The position numbers and the translations under genes were made by a program. This document shows positions 61,207 to 64,000 of a stretch of DNA of 64,000 bases, one piece after another; the stretch's first letter is position 1, and every line of letters begins with the position of its first letter. This DNA is from Convolutriloba macropyga (lineage: Eukaryota), in assembly GCF_964194025.1 (NCBI RefSeq), contig NC_134471.1:24800001-24864000 (forward strand), in the 5' to 3' direction. The notes under the pieces were generated by a model. The model had not been told where the DNA came from. It was given only the letters and a program-made list of their open reading frames with translations, and made no database searches.

Positions 61207-64000
61207 GGTGTCTTGACTTTTTAAAGTCACATCATCCATATCCATAAATTGAGGAACAATCACGTGTTCCTTATTGACCAAGGCCAATTACAAGGTTAGT
61301 TTTGGTGTTATCAATGTCTTAAGAAAGCTTTAAAAAATGAATTGTAATCAGTCGATATTTCTTCTTTAAAAAATTTTGCATTTTTGCTTTTTTGTATGTT
61401 AATTACGGAAAATAACATTTCAAACCAAAATTCTAATGACCTGTCCCATTTTTTTCCTATGGAGTTTCAGGAAAACCTATAAATTTTTTAAGTCGAAATC
61501 TTATGTTTATTTTCCTTTTAAAACCACAAATTATCGAAAACAATTAATGGATTTTTGAGGTTTGCGACTGTTTATTTCTTTTTATCGTCAACAATTGATG
61601 GCCGATAAAGACAGATTGAACCGTTTTTGAAGTGCATTTGAATTCATGTTTTTAAATTTTTTTTGTTTTAAGTAATGATTTTTCTGCTTGGATACTACCA
61701 ATTTTCAATTTTTTTTTTTGATTTTTGGAATTTTCCAGTCTTTTGAGGTTCTTTTTCTTGTCTTGTCACATTGATGACAGTTGAGATATCACATTATTGG
61801 CTTTCAAAAGGAGGCATAATCAATCGCATCAGTTTTTTTACTTAAAAGATTTTGGTTTTAACTACTTCGACACCGTCTTCTAGCAGAATTTATTTGCATT
61901 TTTTGTTTTTCTTCATTTTTTTATAATTGCTTTTCTGGCTTAGTAAAATTTCTGGATAATTGCAGGTCTTAGCGGCTTCCAATGACTAAACAAAAAAATT
62001 TATTGCCTGAATTTAGTTGGCAGCTGACATTTTTATTAAAATTGAAAACAAAAGTTTTAAAAAAATATACAGACGAAATTTTATGTGCAATCCTCTGTTC
62101 TTTTTTGGTCTACTTAATGCCTAGTCTCATTAATTACTGGTCGCATATCGAACTATTGGTTTGCACTAAAGGCGAATGCATTGTATATTACTTTAACGGC
62201 TCCAACCCCGGTTTTTCGCAAACCAATAAATTAACTTTTGAATTTTTATCTTTATTTGTCGTTTTTTTTTGCAGTCGAATGATATTTTCTGGATCATTAC
62301 AGGTCTTAACGGCTTCCTATGGAAAAACAAAAGAACCTATTTACTGATCTCATTTGATAGCTTAAGTTTTTTATGACTTTGGAATCTGCACATTTCTGTT
62401 CTTCTTGGTGTACTTGTTACTAGTGTCAATTATTACAGGTCGAATATCAAAATAACATGTCTTTGGAATTTTTATGTTTCTCGTATGAATTTGTCTATTG
62501 TTTATGTATAGACATAAGACATATTCTCGATAATATCGTCTTAAGCTCTCCGTATTGAGATTGACATTGAGCTTAAACCTATTTAAAATTTCAAATGCTA
62601 TCTAATGGTTTTCATTATTTGGAGTTATTTGGATTTTTACCGTTTTTGATTGTTTAGCCGTTTTTGATCATTATTGTGTACTTGTTACGGAGTCTCATGG
62701 AGTGGTCCCATCACTTTTCTAATGAAGTAGAATCAAGCTAAATAAATTGTTTAAATTAGATTTTAATTGACGCTATTTTAACTTCAGTATTGTACATTTT
62801 TAAAAAAAAAGACTTAGAAAAAAAAGACTTAAAAAAAAGAGTTTCGGATGTAAATGTTTGTCGTTGCTATGTGTCTCATAATCCTAATAATGGCAAGTCA
62901 CATCGACCGACTAATGTGGCTCTATTACTTTTCTAAGTGATTTGAGTTTGAAGCTTTTTTTCATAGACCAATTATTTTTGATCAATATGAGATTTTTTGA
63001 GAGTTTTTTCTATTTCTTCCGCAGTTGGTAGAGAATTAAGCCAAAAATGTGGATGAACGGGGTCAGAGCATTATGTACGAACGCACATTACCGAGCCTCC
63101 CTGTTTATTTTACTTAAAGAAGAAACTTCTTCGAGGTCCACTTCATTAGTTGAAGAAAACAATTCTATCACTCTACTTCAATTTCAAGGAGTTCAAGTTA
63201 TTCTGAAACTTTTAGATTAGAAGATCTAATAAACTGGAAAAAGTTAAATGTTTTTTTAATATCTTGCCAAAGGTAAATAGCGAAAATAGTAAACGGGTTT
63301 GACTTTGATCGTTCGCTTTATTTTTTCATAATTGTTTGCTGTAGTGAGATAATTTTTGCAAAAAATGTGCAAAACTTGTTTAAAATTGCCAAAATAATAA
63401 CTAAGCTCTGGATAAAACTTAAGTGCCTCACAAATTACTGCTAGAAAAGCTGGAAAATTTTAATGAAATATAAGTTAGCTTCAAATATAATTTAAAACAT
63501 TTGATTATTTGGGCTTCATTTTGAGCTCAATTTGCTATGAGTTTGAAGTAAGATCTCGGCACTCATTTGCTTTGCAGGTGGTTTAATTTCGTAATTTCTG
63601 AACCAGAAAAAGTAACGAACACAAAGACCAAATCGGCAAAAAAGGTCGTATGATATTAGACGAAAGCTCAATTGGGTGAGGGCAGTTTTCTTAGCCATTA
63701 GGCAAAACTTTTCAACAAACATCTAGTCGAAAACCAATTCCAAAACTTACAGACGGTACATCAAAATGCACTCGGCATAATATAGTACTCAACTTTCCTT
63801 AACCATTCAATGCCTTTTGTTGACAACGCGAGCTAAAAAATTAATTGCTTCAAAGCGTGTCATTTGCCTTAAAATTAACCCCCCGATAAATTGCACACAG
63901 GATTAAAATATCCAAAATATTAAATTAAAATGCGAGCCTTAAGAGACTGTCACAACGTTTCTCAGAGTACATTAGGTTAAAGATCTGTTATGGTACAGAA

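Larger units (their letters stand above)
54326..62510. repeat. Tandem segmental triplication of LTR 5' end plus ~1.3 kb host flank
   Basis: Flank GGTGTCTTGACTTTTTAAAGTCACATC follows each LTR at 56186, 59325, 61207; ORFs at 56951 and 61982 are near-identical. Confidence 0.88.

Overview
AT-rich, intron-containing animal (invertebrate-like) genomic DNA made up mostly of transposable elements. The main feature is a ~25.7-kb EnSpm/CACTA (CMC superfamily)-type DNA transposon at 12736-38436. It has CCCTAGTC...GACTAGGG termini flanked by TA and subterminal arrays of the palindrome TCTTGCAAGA. From left to right it carries: a ~11-kb satellite of ~539-bp units, a probable decayed older transposase, two BEN-domain-like genes, a transposase with an in-frame N-terminal Suv4-20 (KMT5B/C, H4K20 methyltransferase)-like SET domain and one 1-nt frameshift, an SGNH/GDSL hydrolase gene, a cluster of box C/D kink-turn-like motifs, and a duplicated long hairpin. 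Outside the element are: a first coding exon of a Cys-loop ligand-gated ion channel (minus strand), decayed CRE-like and Ty3/gypsy retroelement remnants, a PAN+GON domain gene or pseudogene, a cadherin-like first exon, a ~1.7-kb tandem duplication, and an internally deleted gypsy LTR element whose 5' end plus flank was later tandemly triplicated. All family calls come from motif recognition by eye; no searches were run.
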